64,000 nucleotides of DNA, from assembly GCA_026395435.1 (NCBI GenBank), contig JAPLYT010000003.1:4024-68023 (forward strand). The letters run 5' to 3'. Below, in pieces: positions 44,868 through 53,776 of this stretch. How positions within the stretch are numbered: position 1 is the stretch's first letter; every line of letters starts with the position of its first letter. The DNA comes from Candidatus Saccharimonadota bacterium. Lineage in GTDB: Bacteria > Patescibacteriota > Saccharimonadia > Saccharimonadales > AWTP1-31. The notes beneath the pieces were generated by a model. That model saw only the letters and a list, made by a program, of their open reading frames with translations. It was not told the origin of the DNA and ran no database searches. The translations under genes were made by a program, and so were the position numbers.

Positions 44868-45924
44868 TCGATTTTCCTTCTGCAGGTGTATGTTCGGGGT
44901 CTGCTGATGCATGAGTGTGACGCTTAGCATCTGCCTTAGCTTGCAAAGCTGCAACTGCACGGAGATCATCGTATCGATCAAATTCATCAATTATTTGCTT
45001 GCCCAAAATTCTCTCCAGTACGTCTTCGATAGTAATAATTCCGACAATTTCTTCAAAGCTATTCACTACCATGAAAAGATGATGTTTAGTCCGTAAGAAT
45101 GCTTGCAGGGCATGGTCGAGCGTTTTATCTTCGGCTACATAATAGACTGATTTCTTCATCAGATTTTTGACTGATCCACCCTGTTTCGCGGTTACTAAAT
45201 CATGCATATAGAGAGTTCCGACAATTTCACCTGACGATGGATCTTCCACAGGAAACCGGGAGAATCCACTTTTGTGAAGTTCGGTCATCAGGATTGGACC
45301 CACTGAATCAGTGCTTTTTACCATGGTAACGACGCGTTTTGGTGTCATCTCATCACGAATAATTTCGTCACTAAATGTCAGAGCACTTTTGACAATGCCA
45401 ATTTCATATGGGGTCATCCGGTTATCAGACTGCAGTACTTGTTTATCGAGTAGATCAATGAGATCTTCTTTTTGGTAGATACCACTGTGAATCGTGATAC
45501 GACCACGAGAGTGAATAATGCCGCCAATTCGATTCAGTAGTGGATAGAGAAAGCTTAGTATTTTTGCAAACACAGGTGCTAGTGTTTGAGCGAGTCGATG
45601 ACTAATGTCAGATACACGAGCGGTTGGTAGCCATGCAAAGGCCACCCACAGTAGTGCGGCACATCCAAACAATGCTAACCACGACGGCATATTAATCGAC
45701 AAAACCACAAAGAACCCACTTGCGCTCAAGCCTACGATTATCCAAAGCAACAGGTCCAAGCTAAAGCCATATGCCGAGGCAGCAAACAGCGCTTTAGCGA
45801 ATTCATCACCAGATTTGGCGCGTCTTTTTAGCTCTTTTAAGGGAATCTTGGTATACGTTTTTTGAAGCGATACGCTGAGAAGCGTTATCCCTGCGAGAAG
45901 GAGAATAATAATAAACAAAATCAT
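44830..45924 (-). CDS. CNNM/DUF21 plus CBS-pair membrane protein (CorC/TlyC-like divalent-cation transport family)
   Basis: N-terminal four-TM DUF21 (PF01595-like) domain with LKELKRRAKSGDEFAKAL, then tandem CBS domains. No recognisable CorC_HlyC C-terminal domain. Confidence 0.8.
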   Translation of the reverse strand: MILFIIILLLAGITLLSVSLQKTYTKIPLKELKRRAKSGDEFAKALFAASAYGFSLDLLLWIIVGLSASGFFVVLSINMPSWLALFGCAALLWVAFAWLPTARVSDISHRLAQTLAPVFAKILSFLYPLLNRIGGIIHSRGRITIHSGIYQKEDLIDLLDKQVLQSDNRMTPYEIGIVKSALTFSDEIIRDEMTPKRVVTMVKSTDSVGPILMTELHKSGFSRFPVEDPSSGEIVGTLYMHDLVTAKQGGSVKNLMKKSVYYVAEDKTLDHALQAFLRTKHHLFMVVNSFEEIVGIITIEDVLERILGKQIIDEFDRYDDLRAVAALQAKADAKRHTHASADPEHTPAEGKSNDTKEESDQTKN

Positions 45925-46033
45925 ACTAATGAGTATAGGGTGAAATGGACAAAGTAGAAAGTAGCTCTATGGATCTACTGAAACGTCCTATATTGGACTA
46001 TCTGACAAACAGACTATTTGATACTATAAAAGA

Positions 46034-46684
46034 ATGAGTAAAAGATTTTTGGTTATTTTAGCAGTTTGTGTTCTTGGTTTAGTCGGTATCTACGTAGCAA
46101 CATCTAAAAAGGCTGACGCACCAACCTCTAAGACAGGTAGTAGCTCTACGAGTAAACTTAGTAATAATGTCATTGGCAAAAATACAAAAGGCGTCCAATT
46201 GACCGAATATGGTGATTTCCAATGTCCTGCCTGTGGCGCCTACCATCCAATAGTGAAACAAGTCGTCGAAAAATATAAAAACGAAATTCAGTTCCAGTTC
46301 CGTAACTTCCCTTTACAGCAACTTCATAAGAATGCCAGGTCTAGTGCTCGGGCAGCAGAAGCAGCCGCAAAGCAGAACAAGTATTGGGAAATGCATGACC
46401 TTCTCTATGAGCAACAAGATGCATGGAAAGATAGCACAACACCAAATGTTATTTTTGAAGGCTATGCATCACAGCTTGGTCTCAATACCGCAAAATTTAA
46501 AACTGATTTTGCAAGTACGGAAGTCAACGAAATAATCAATGCTGACTATGCCGAGGGCACACGTCTAGAAATAAATTCTACCCCTACGTTCTTCTTGCAG
46601 GGTAAGAAGATCACTCAGTCTCCGCGCGACGTAGAAGGTTTCAGCAAACTCATCGATCAAGCAATAAAAGACGCCAAAAAGTAA
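46034..46684 (+). CDS. DsbA-family thiol:disulfide oxidoreductase (membrane-anchored or secreted)
   Basis: N-terminal hydrophobic helix and thioredoxin-fold CxxC motif YGDFQCPACGAYHP. Confidence 0.8.
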   Translation: MSKRFLVILAVCVLGLVGIYVATSKKADAPTSKTGSSSTSKLSNNVIGKNTKGVQLTEYGDFQCPACGAYHPIVKQVVEKYKNEIQFQFRNFPLQQLHKNARSSARAAEAAAKQNKYWEMHDLLYEQQDAWKDSTTPNVIFEGYASQLGLNTAKFKTDFASTEVNEIINADYAEGTRLEINSTPTFFLQGKKITQSPRDVEGFSKLIDQAIKDAKK

Positions 46685-46691
46685 ACGTTGG

Positions 46692-47366
46692 CTATACTTT
46701 CGGGTACACTACTTTGGATGAAACAGGGGCGAGTTTCACGGTTTTTGGCAGTAACCTTCTTACGATTCTGAACGCATCTTCACTGCTGCCCATTGGAGAA
46801 ATCTTTCCAAGCTCCACGCGATACAACTCCGATTTTCTAGAGAATCTCCAACCTGGAAATTCTGAAAAAATTATTTCCTCAACTGCACGCTGATCATTAT
46901 CTAATGTCCTATCTCTATCCTGGATCAAATCAACAGAGAGTATTTTTTTATTGGCGATTAATACCCTAATTGCACCAAGCTTGAGAGTTAGAAGCGGGTT
47001 TACTTGTAGCTCAGTCTGTTCTTCAGGAGTCTGAGTAGCTTCATCTGCTAGCACTTCGGAAGCATCTTCAGCTGTTGCAGCGCTTGATTCTTCAGCCTTT
47101 TCTGCACGTGTTTTTGGGTCGTTACTTTGTAACGCTTCTATACTATCGTGGATATTTTGCACTATGAGTGGATCTCTGGGTACATGTCTTAAAACGCGAC
47201 TGCTCAAGAGGTGCGTACGCAAATTATCACTTTCATGTGTCCATGACATTACGGGTGATAGTTCAGCCCTTATTTCATCGAAACAGGTTACAAACTCAGG
47301 GATTGGGGCAATCTTGCGGTAAACAGCAGAAAAAACTTGTTCATCGGGTAATATTTCTTGACGCAT
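46692..47366 (-). CDS. hypothetical protein (224 aa)
   Basis: ORF only. Acidic central linker. Confidence 0.45.
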   Translation of the reverse strand: MRQEILPDEQVFSAVYRKIAPIPEFVTCFDEIRAELSPVMSWTHESDNLRTHLLSSRVLRHVPRDPLIVQNIHDSIEALQSNDPKTRAEKAEESSAATAEDASEVLADEATQTPEEQTELQVNPLLTLKLGAIRVLIANKKILSVDLIQDRDRTLDNDQRAVEEIIFSEFPGWRFSRKSELYRVELGKISPMGSSEDAFRIVRRLLPKTVKLAPVSSKVVYPKV

Positions 47367-47432
47367 ATTATACTATCTTACATAATATATACATTTAAGC
47401 AAGCATGTGCGTTATGAACGTATCGCACAATT

Positions 47433-47585
47433 CTATGTTTTGAATGAGCTGTGTATGAGTTCAAAGCACTCGATACAGAGATGATATTTGTGAACAGTGT
47501 CAGATTCGTCTGGTGGGCTCAGTAAGATTCCACCAAACTCGTTTAGTTCTTTGCCGCATTTGTCGCATGTTGGAGATATTGCCAT
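47433..47585 (-). CDS. candidate zinc-ribbon small protein (50 aa)
   Basis: My translation: MAISPTCDKCGKELNEFGGILLSPPDESDTVHKYHLCIECFELIHSSFKT (CxxC..CxxC). TAGAAT lies 6 nt upstream of the ATG. Below the ORF-track size cut-off. Confidence 0.4.
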   Translation of the reverse strand: MAISPTCDKCGKELNEFGGILLSPPDESDTVHKYHLCIECFELIHSSFKT

Positions 47586-47617
47586 ACTGGTATTCTATAG
47601 CGGAATTACAGCAATTT

Positions 47618-48595
47618 CTATAGGACGTGAGCTATCTGGTGTTCGTCTTCAATCTCTTGACCAATGATTTCTTCTACCACGTCCTCGATGGTAACTATCC
47701 CGCAAAACTTATCACCATGAGTAACCGGCATTAAATGAGTTCGTGCCGCGATAAATCGCCGGAAAATTGTATCAAGTGCGGTCATACGTCCGATCGGCCT
47801 TGTCGGGTGAAGATTTAGTTCGCGTACCGCAATAGCTGTTTCATCGAAATCCATATCAACTAAATCTTTCATAAGCACCAGACCATAACATTCAGTCATA
47901 GATGGGTTAAAAACAGGAATCCGACTATACATCTTCCGTTTAATTTCATCGATTTTATCCCCATCAATAATGTCGTCTATAAATAGATAGTAGGTTCTTC
48001 GAATAGGAGTCATGACGTTTCGAACATGTTTTTCACTCAGCGACAGTGCACCACGAATGATCTCTACCTCACTGTCATCAAGTTCGCTGTCAGTATGTTT
48101 GACATGTTCTGCGATTAAAAGGCCGAGTTCTTGACGTGAGTGAAGAGACCCTGGCTGATGTTTAAAAAGCTTATCGAGTAGTAACTGTAATGGTTTTGAC
48201 AGTGGATAGGTTATAAAAATCATCACTTTCAAAATAGGTGCAAGCTTTGCCGTAAAATCCAGAGGTCTTCTGACAAAAATTGCCTGTGGGAAAATTTCAC
48301 CAAAAACAACGATCAGAAGTGTACTCGCGATGCCTGCTACTAAACCACTAAAACGGTGTTCGAGAGTCAGTGAGGTTGTAGAAATAACTGCTACGTTCGT
48401 AAACAAAATACTTACTAAACTTAGATGACCGTTCTTTCGAAGTGGCAATACTGCCTTGGCACGTTTATCGCCAAGTTTTGCTTTACGTTTTAAATCGGCC
48501 AAGTCAAGAGACATCAGCGAGAGGTTAAGACCAGAGCAAACTGCAGACATGCCCACGAGCACTACGGCTTGGACAGCTAATTTGATATTATCCAT
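47618..48595 (-). CDS. CNNM/DUF21 plus CBS-pair membrane protein (second paralog)
   Basis: DUF21 region GLNLSLMSLDLADLKRKAKLGDKRAKAV followed by a CBS pair. Confidence 0.8.
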   Translation of the reverse strand: MDNIKLAVQAVVLVGMSAVCSGLNLSLMSLDLADLKRKAKLGDKRAKAVLPLRKNGHLSLVSILFTNVAVISTTSLTLEHRFSGLVAGIASTLLIVVFGEIFPQAIFVRRPLDFTAKLAPILKVMIFITYPLSKPLQLLLDKLFKHQPGSLHSRQELGLLIAEHVKHTDSELDDSEVEIIRGALSLSEKHVRNVMTPIRRTYYLFIDDIIDGDKIDEIKRKMYSRIPVFNPSMTECYGLVLMKDLVDMDFDETAIAVRELNLHPTRPIGRMTALDTIFRRFIAARTHLMPVTHGDKFCGIVTIEDVVEEIIGQEIEDEHQIAHVL

Positions 48596-48640
48596 TATTT
48601 AATTACTATTTGATTCATGTAAATTATCTAAAATTATACC

Positions 48641-48674
48641 ATACAACAAAAACGAGGCCCCCTGCTGGGACCCC
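48641..48674 (-). terminator. terminator-like hairpin plus U-run about 50 nt upstream of the CNNM gene start
   Basis: Minus strand GGGGTCCC-AGCA-GGGGGCCTC (about 8 pairs including G-U pairs, one bulge) followed by GTTTTTGTTG. No annotated minus-strand gene lies upstream of it. Confidence 0.35.
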
Positions 48675-48748
48675 TAAACATTCGTAACAACTTTTCTTTA
48701 TTATCTATTCTTACCGATCATATTTTCTGCGCTTGAGATAGTTCATCT

Positions 48749-48939
48749 ATCACTATGCCCGAACGTTTCACGCTTGAGTTAATTTCGGTGCGAAGCTGAG
48801 GAGTGAAGCGAGCCGTGCATATAGTACGGTGCTGCGAACCCCGGAGGCTTCAAACTGAAAGTAGCCAAGAGGCAATGCATAAATACGGCTTTGCCGAATT
48901 TTAGTATTGCCGGCGTGAACTGCGAGGCACTAATAGTGG
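48749..48939. repeat. copy A (more degenerate) of a hairpin-rich element with terminal inverted repeats
   Basis: Alignable with 59256-59422 through shared strings TTGAG, TTTCG.TGCGA, CTGAG, GAGCCGT, AGTACGG, CGGAGG, TCAAA, GGCTTTGCC, TAATAG. Hairpins at 48812-48830 and 48886-48896. Confidence 0.6.
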
Positions 48940-49245
48940 AGGAACTGTTGCCAACTAGCCTTTTTAATTTTAACTTCCACGTTAATACTCCTCGAATGTA
49001 TTGATTTAACTTTAATTCCCATTTCCTCTTCCCTCACTTTTAGGGCCACAAAGAACGTCTCAAATTCTTCTTGGCTTTATTTTTAATTATTTTTGTTTTT
49101 CCATTGGTACTATTTGTACGCAAAGAATGTAATGATTCTACATAAGCATTATCGGATTGTCAAATCTAATTTTTACAGGCCTCGCATTCAAGACCAACAT
49201 GGTATACTAAGCGTAAGTATTACTAATATTAGGGGCACCAAAAAA

Positions 49246-49485
49246 ATGGCAAAAAAATCCACTGCAAAAAAACCAGTCAAAAAGACCGTTAAAACAGTTT
49301 CTAACAGCGGTTCAGCATCATTGCTTTCTGCAACAGCAATCTTATTCGCGGGCACATCAGTCGTTCTTATTGGCATGATACAAGACGCTGATCACATAAC
49401 GCTCCTTATGGTCGGATTTGGCGCTGCCCTTCTAGTCATCGGCGGTGCACTCCTCGGATCTGCCGCAAGAACTACTAAAAAATAA
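49246..49485 (+). CDS. small two-TM membrane protein with Lys-rich N-terminus (79 aa)
   Basis: Start trimmed to MAKKSTAKKPVKK. Two hydrophobic helices. Confidence 0.5.
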   Translation: MAKKSTAKKPVKKTVKTVSNSGSASLLSATAILFAGTSVVLIGMIQDADHITLLMVGFGAALLVIGGALLGSAARTTKK

Positions 49486-49506
49486 TACAGGGACTACACT
49501 CGTCTC

Positions 49507-51225
49507 ATGCATAATTTCTTCACTGAAATAAGTACCATTATTGCGCTCGGTGCAGCTATTGCACTTATCATGCGTGCCTTAAAACAGCCTTTGATCATTG
49601 GTCATATCATCACAGGACTCATTGCAGGGCCCTCTTTCCTGAATATTATTCACTCCGATGCTGCCTTTAGTGGAATTAGTGATATGGGCGTTGCGCTTCT
49701 ACTCTTTATAATTGGGCTCGACCTGAGTATCCGTGCTTTTTCTCGCGTGGGCAAAGCTGTTTTCATTACAACCTCTGTCCAGGTATCGGTTATCTCACTT
49801 ATCGGATATGGCACGTCACATGCTCTGGGATTTGGAAGACTAGAATCGGCAATTCTTGGGCTGGGGCTGGCTTTGAGCAGTACGATTATTATCGTTAAAC
49901 TTCTGAACGACAAAAAAGAGACATCTCGCCTCTACGCCCAAATCACCATTGGAGTTCTGTTGCTTCAGGATGTCATCGCCACACTTGCAAAAATCGGCCT
50001 CGATGCACGCCAAAAAAATGGTGGTTCAATCAGCACCCTGCTTCTCCTCGGAGCAAAAGGGATTATTCTCGTCGGACTTATCTTCGTGCTTGTTAAATTT
50101 GTTATTCCTCGACTAACGATTACGTTGGAGCAAAATAAGGAGCTACTCCTTATATTTTCCCTTGGCTGGGGCCTTGGCTTTGCGCTATTGTTCGCTAAAG
50201 CTGGCTACTCAATTGAGATTGGATCACTTTTGGCTGGTGTAAGTCTGGCAAGTCTTCCATTTAGTAGCGAGATGGCTTCTCGTCTCAAACCTCTGCGCGA
50301 TTTCTTTTTGGTTATATTTTTCATTACCCTTGGGCAATCCATCATCCCGGGCAAACTTGGATCCGTCATAGTACCGGCAGTTATCTTGAGTCTGATCGTC
50401 ATGATCATCAAACCAATTATTATTATGATGAGTCTTGGTGGACTAGGGTATACAAAACGAGCAAGCTTTAAATCGGCAATTGCGATGAGCCAAGTAAGTG
50501 AATTCTCACTTGTTTTTGCAGCAGCTGCATTTGCATCTGGGCTGGTGAGCGCCAAAGTAACTGCAACGCTCACGCTCACCGCGCTCATCACATTTGCAAT
50601 TTCTACATACCTTATAAAGTACGATAATGCCCTTTACTCACTTTTCGAATATCGCTTGCGGATGTTTGAACGCAGAGTCACGAAACTAGAGCAAAAAGAC
50701 GGTATGCAACATTTCCCTATTGTCCTATTTGGCTATCGAAAAGGTGGTCATGAATTTATCAAAACCTTCAAAAAAATGGGAAAGAAATTCATCGTGGTCG
50801 ATTATGACCCAGAAAATATCGAGTCTCTGGAACGACAAGCAATTCATCATTTGTATGGAGACGTAACCGATCCTGAACTACTTGATGAATTAAATCTCCA
50901 AAAATCAAAATTAGTCGTGTCGACCATTGGCGATGCCGAAACAAATAAATTCTTAGCGCACTGGCTTGGCAACAATAACCCAAGCGCCGTATTTGTCTGT
51001 TCAGCTGAACGAGTTGAAGTTGCCAGCGAACTATACGAAGAAGGTGCCGCCTATGTCATGATGCCGCACTATATAGGAAGTGAAAAAATCAGCACCTTTA
51101 TCCGCAAGAACGGTTTCAATAAAGCCGAGTTCAAACGCTTCCGTGACAAGCATTTATTATCTCTCGAAACACACGTAAAACAGATCACCGAAGCATCCTT
51201 GGAATCAGACGCTACAGATTCGTGA
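49507..51225 (+). CDS. cation:proton antiporter (CPA2/Kef-type) with C-terminal RCK/TrkA-N domain
   Basis: About 12 TM helices, then the Rossmann-like IVLFGYRKGGHEFIKTFKKMGKKFIVVDYDPENIE. Confidence 0.85.
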   Translation: MHNFFTEISTIIALGAAIALIMRALKQPLIIGHIITGLIAGPSFLNIIHSDAAFSGISDMGVALLLFIIGLDLSIRAFSRVGKAVFITTSVQVSVISLIGYGTSHALGFGRLESAILGLGLALSSTIIIVKLLNDKKETSRLYAQITIGVLLLQDVIATLAKIGLDARQKNGGSISTLLLLGAKGIILVGLIFVLVKFVIPRLTITLEQNKELLLIFSLGWGLGFALLFAKAGYSIEIGSLLAGVSLASLPFSSEMASRLKPLRDFFLVIFFITLGQSIIPGKLGSVIVPAVILSLIVMIIKPIIIMMSLGGLGYTKRASFKSAIAMSQVSEFSLVFAAAAFASGLVSAKVTATLTLTALITFAISTYLIKYDNALYSLFEYRLRMFERRVTKLEQKDGMQHFPIVLFGYRKGGHEFIKTFKKMGKKFIVVDYDPENIESLERQAIHHLYGDVTDPELLDELNLQKSKLVVSTIGDAETNKFLAHWLGNNNPSAVFVCSAERVEVASELYEEGAAYVMMPHYIGSEKISTFIRKNGFNKAEFKRFRDKHLLSLETHVKQITEASLESDATDS

Positions 51226-51817
51226 CGTCATGATACAGCCAGTTCTTTTTGGCGTAATTTTGGACGCTTGCCGTTACGGCAGGGCTTGAATCTCCAGCTC
51301 GAAGTGCCGAGCGAATCGTACTCGACGATGCTCCTGAAAGTTCACTATGAATGATAGTAGTGGCTAAGGGTTGTACGGGTAATACTGTAAGTAGATTGGT
51401 TACAACTTCCTCATCGGAATTACTACGGACTCCAATAGCCAGCTCGACGTGACGGAGCATGTAATCGACATGATTCCATGTATGTAAATGTTCGACCATG
51501 TCCGATCCCATTAACAGCACAAGTTCAGTACCTGGAAATTTCTGCTGCAATTTTGAAATCGTCGACTTAGGAGTAAAAAAACGTGCAGTCAGATCGAGGA
51601 CATGAAGACGCGGCTGTGACCTTGTAGCGAGGTCCAACATACTTACTCGATGGGAAATATGACTCACATTGGGCTTTCGGCGTGGCTTAGTCTCGGGGGC
51701 AAAATATACCGCATCAAGTTTCGCTTGTTCAATTGCTGATAATGCAAAAGCTATATGACCTTTATGTACCGGGTCGAAACTTCCGCTAAAGATGCCGATT
51801 CTCTTTGGCTTAGACAT
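51212..51817 (-). CDS. nadD: nicotinate-nucleotide adenylyltransferase
   Basis: IGIFSGSFDPVHKGHI (the (T/H)xGH motif) and SSSTIRSAL (ISST-like). Start trimmed to MSKPKRIG. Confidence 0.8.
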   Translation of the reverse strand: MSKPKRIGIFSGSFDPVHKGHIAFALSAIEQAKLDAVYFAPETKPRRKPNVSHISHRVSMLDLATRSQPRLHVLDLTARFFTPKSTISKLQQKFPGTELVLLMGSDMVEHLHTWNHVDYMLRHVELAIGVRSNSDEEVVTNLLTVLPVQPLATTIIHSELSGASSSTIRSALRAGDSSPAVTASVQNYAKKNWLYHDVTNL

Positions 51818-52007
51818 CTGCCGGAGCACCTTCACAACATTTGGTCGGCATAAAGCACGCAGGGCATACAAAATGCCCATGCATTGGAATAATTGGGTAA
51901 TGGCCGCAATTATCACAGAAAAGCTCTGGAGACTTCTCTTTGATCATTTCCTGATAGGGGTCGTAGCTGTCAGTCATAATTAGTAGTTTATCATTCGGCG
52001 AGTGCAT
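51810..52007 (-). CDS. small zinc-ribbon protein
   Basis: CDNCG .. CPAC pairs. The start may be MTDSYDPYQ (51977). Its 3' end overlaps the nadD start by 8 nt. Confidence 0.45.
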   Translation of the reverse strand: MHSPNDKLLIMTDSYDPYQEMIKEKSPELFCDNCGHYPIIPMHGHFVCPACFMPTKCCEGAPADV

Positions 52008-53481
52008 ACTCTGAATTTACTTGAGGTTTGAGATCACGTTTTTTGTTCTCTCGGCGTTTTGCTCTACCGCCATCACCTATTGAAACTACCTTGCCGTTAA
52101 CTACCGCGGCTTTGCAATCCCAACAAGACAATTTTGTTGCGCATGGATCACCAAATACTTTGGCTGCGCAGTATGGGCAATTCATCCACTTCTTCTCGGA
52201 CTGTGCCCCACTCCCGGAGTCTTCGCCAGAGGATGGGTCGGAGTTAGCATTTCTGAAAAATGGGCACGAGCTTGACGTGGCTGTTTGCTTAGCCTGAAGT
52301 GCAGACTGGGACGCCAAATAATATTCACCTCTCGCCATAAAATCTCGAGCTTGTTGAATATGAAACGCTGCTTCAGCACCGAAAACTGCAACATCAATTG
52401 ATTTGTCTTCGATACCTTTGTCTACGCAATACCGTTCTGATAATTCATCTAGTCTTTTGATGGCGTCAATAGGATTCTTAAATCCGGCGGCCTCATGTAA
52501 AAGTTGATTGGTAATAGATTCGACCATCGGCATGAACTGTGCATCGCGCTGATGACAGATTTCAGCGTAAGCTAGGTAATCTTGAGATGGGGCATCCTGA
52601 CCATAAAATGTGCCTCCAGCTTTTTGATCATAGCGCCGTATGATATCACTCATTCCATTTGGGATTTCTGATTTTGGTACTAACATAATGAATTGCAACA
52701 TATCGTCACTGTCTGATGGGAGAAGATCTATATCTTCATCGCTTGCGAGGGCTTTAATCGTAGCTTCATCATGCCTAATCCCATGTGGAGTTTTCTTGCC
52801 TGCTACCATGGCAGTCTCTAAGATTGCAGAACTTCCATCAGCACGAAGCATCTGGATAGAACAGCTGGCCGTATCGGCATAGAATCCGTAATCTCGTAGA
52901 GTAGCCTCGTCTTTTGGCGCGCATGAAAAAACGAGGGCTGCGTGGGTCTGTAGCACACCTGCTTCGTGCAGTTCCTCGAACATGTACGCATTACGTAGCT
53001 CGTGCTCAGAACGTTTCCGCATGACTGAATTTAGTGTCATATTTTCAAATGTATTTCGATGTATATCGATAAGATGGCGATTATTTTGAATGAGCTTGCC
53101 CTGCTCGAATTGCAAAGCAACTTTTGACTGATGTGCGACTTTATACAATCGTTCACTCACATCAGTCATTACATTGGTTTTGACCATCGATAATGAATGA
53201 GCGTCACCGTGACGCGCAGATTGTATCCCGGCAAGGAGTGTCGTATCGCTGACATGTTCAGGAACGTGCGATACTTCTACCTGTCCACGCATAGACAATG
53301 AACCAAGGAATTTGGTGGCCTTAGCGGAAGCACTCGACCATAGCTCCGGGAATTCGTGAGATGCCAACATCCATGAATCATCAGTTTTTTCTATTATGTC
53401 TTGTGATTGGGTGAGTTCTGACTCCCAAAGATCAAAATCTAGTGGACTGCATTGGACGTACGATTCGGCTAGCGCGGCCAT
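51991..53481 (-). CDS. hypothetical 496-aa protein with C-terminal zinc-ribbon
   Basis: Long ORF. The C-terminus NCPYCAAKVFGDPCATKLSCWDCKAAV has two Cys pairs. The rest is unrecognised. Confidence 0.55.
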   Translation of the reverse strand: MAALAESYVQCSPLDFDLWESELTQSQDIIEKTDDSWMLASHEFPELWSSASAKATKFLGSLSMRGQVEVSHVPEHVSDTTLLAGIQSARHGDAHSLSMVKTNVMTDVSERLYKVAHQSKVALQFEQGKLIQNNRHLIDIHRNTFENMTLNSVMRKRSEHELRNAYMFEELHEAGVLQTHAALVFSCAPKDEATLRDYGFYADTASCSIQMLRADGSSAILETAMVAGKKTPHGIRHDEATIKALASDEDIDLLPSDSDDMLQFIMLVPKSEIPNGMSDIIRRYDQKAGGTFYGQDAPSQDYLAYAEICHQRDAQFMPMVESITNQLLHEAAGFKNPIDAIKRLDELSERYCVDKGIEDKSIDVAVFGAEAAFHIQQARDFMARGEYYLASQSALQAKQTATSSSCPFFRNANSDPSSGEDSGSGAQSEKKWMNCPYCAAKVFGDPCATKLSCWDCKAAVVNGKVVSIGDGGRAKRRENKKRDLKPQVNSEYALAE

Positions 53482-53489
53482 ATAAAAAT

Positions 53490-53516
53490 ACCCTCATTCT
53501 CGCGGCAGAAGAGGGT
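53490..53516 (-). promoter_or_regulatory. SD-sequestering hairpin in the leader of 51991..53481
   Basis: Minus strand ACCCTC-(15 nt)-GAGGGT followed by ATTTTTAT then ATG. The 3' arm GAGGG is the only SD-like sequence. Confidence 0.4.
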
Positions 53517-53776
53517 CTCAAATAGACGTTTGCTCCTGCACGGGAGGCTTAATGCTAGATCGGACTTGTCCATATTCATAATGGCTTACCGTTGCGGCAC
53601 AGCACAGGAATCTCACCTGTTTCCAGCGTTTTTATTGTAAAGCTTGGATGATTCCAAGTTCAATATTAGTAGTCTAGCACATCATGCTCACGCTATATGT
53701 AGTATTTTTATCTTCAACCAACAAAGCATAAAAATGCTTTTGTTTATGTTAATCAATACGCGCTAAACTAGTACTC

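Noticed and set aside
48826-48880. Partial similarity of GGTGCTG..CCGGAGG..AGTAGCCAAGAGGCA to the SRP RNA helix 8 consensus (CCGGAAGGAAGCAGCCAAGGCAG).
   Set aside because: A 12-nt insertion disrupts the GGAA tetraloop region. The second copy (59.3 kb) does not keep these bases, and no closing helix 5-like pairing was found.
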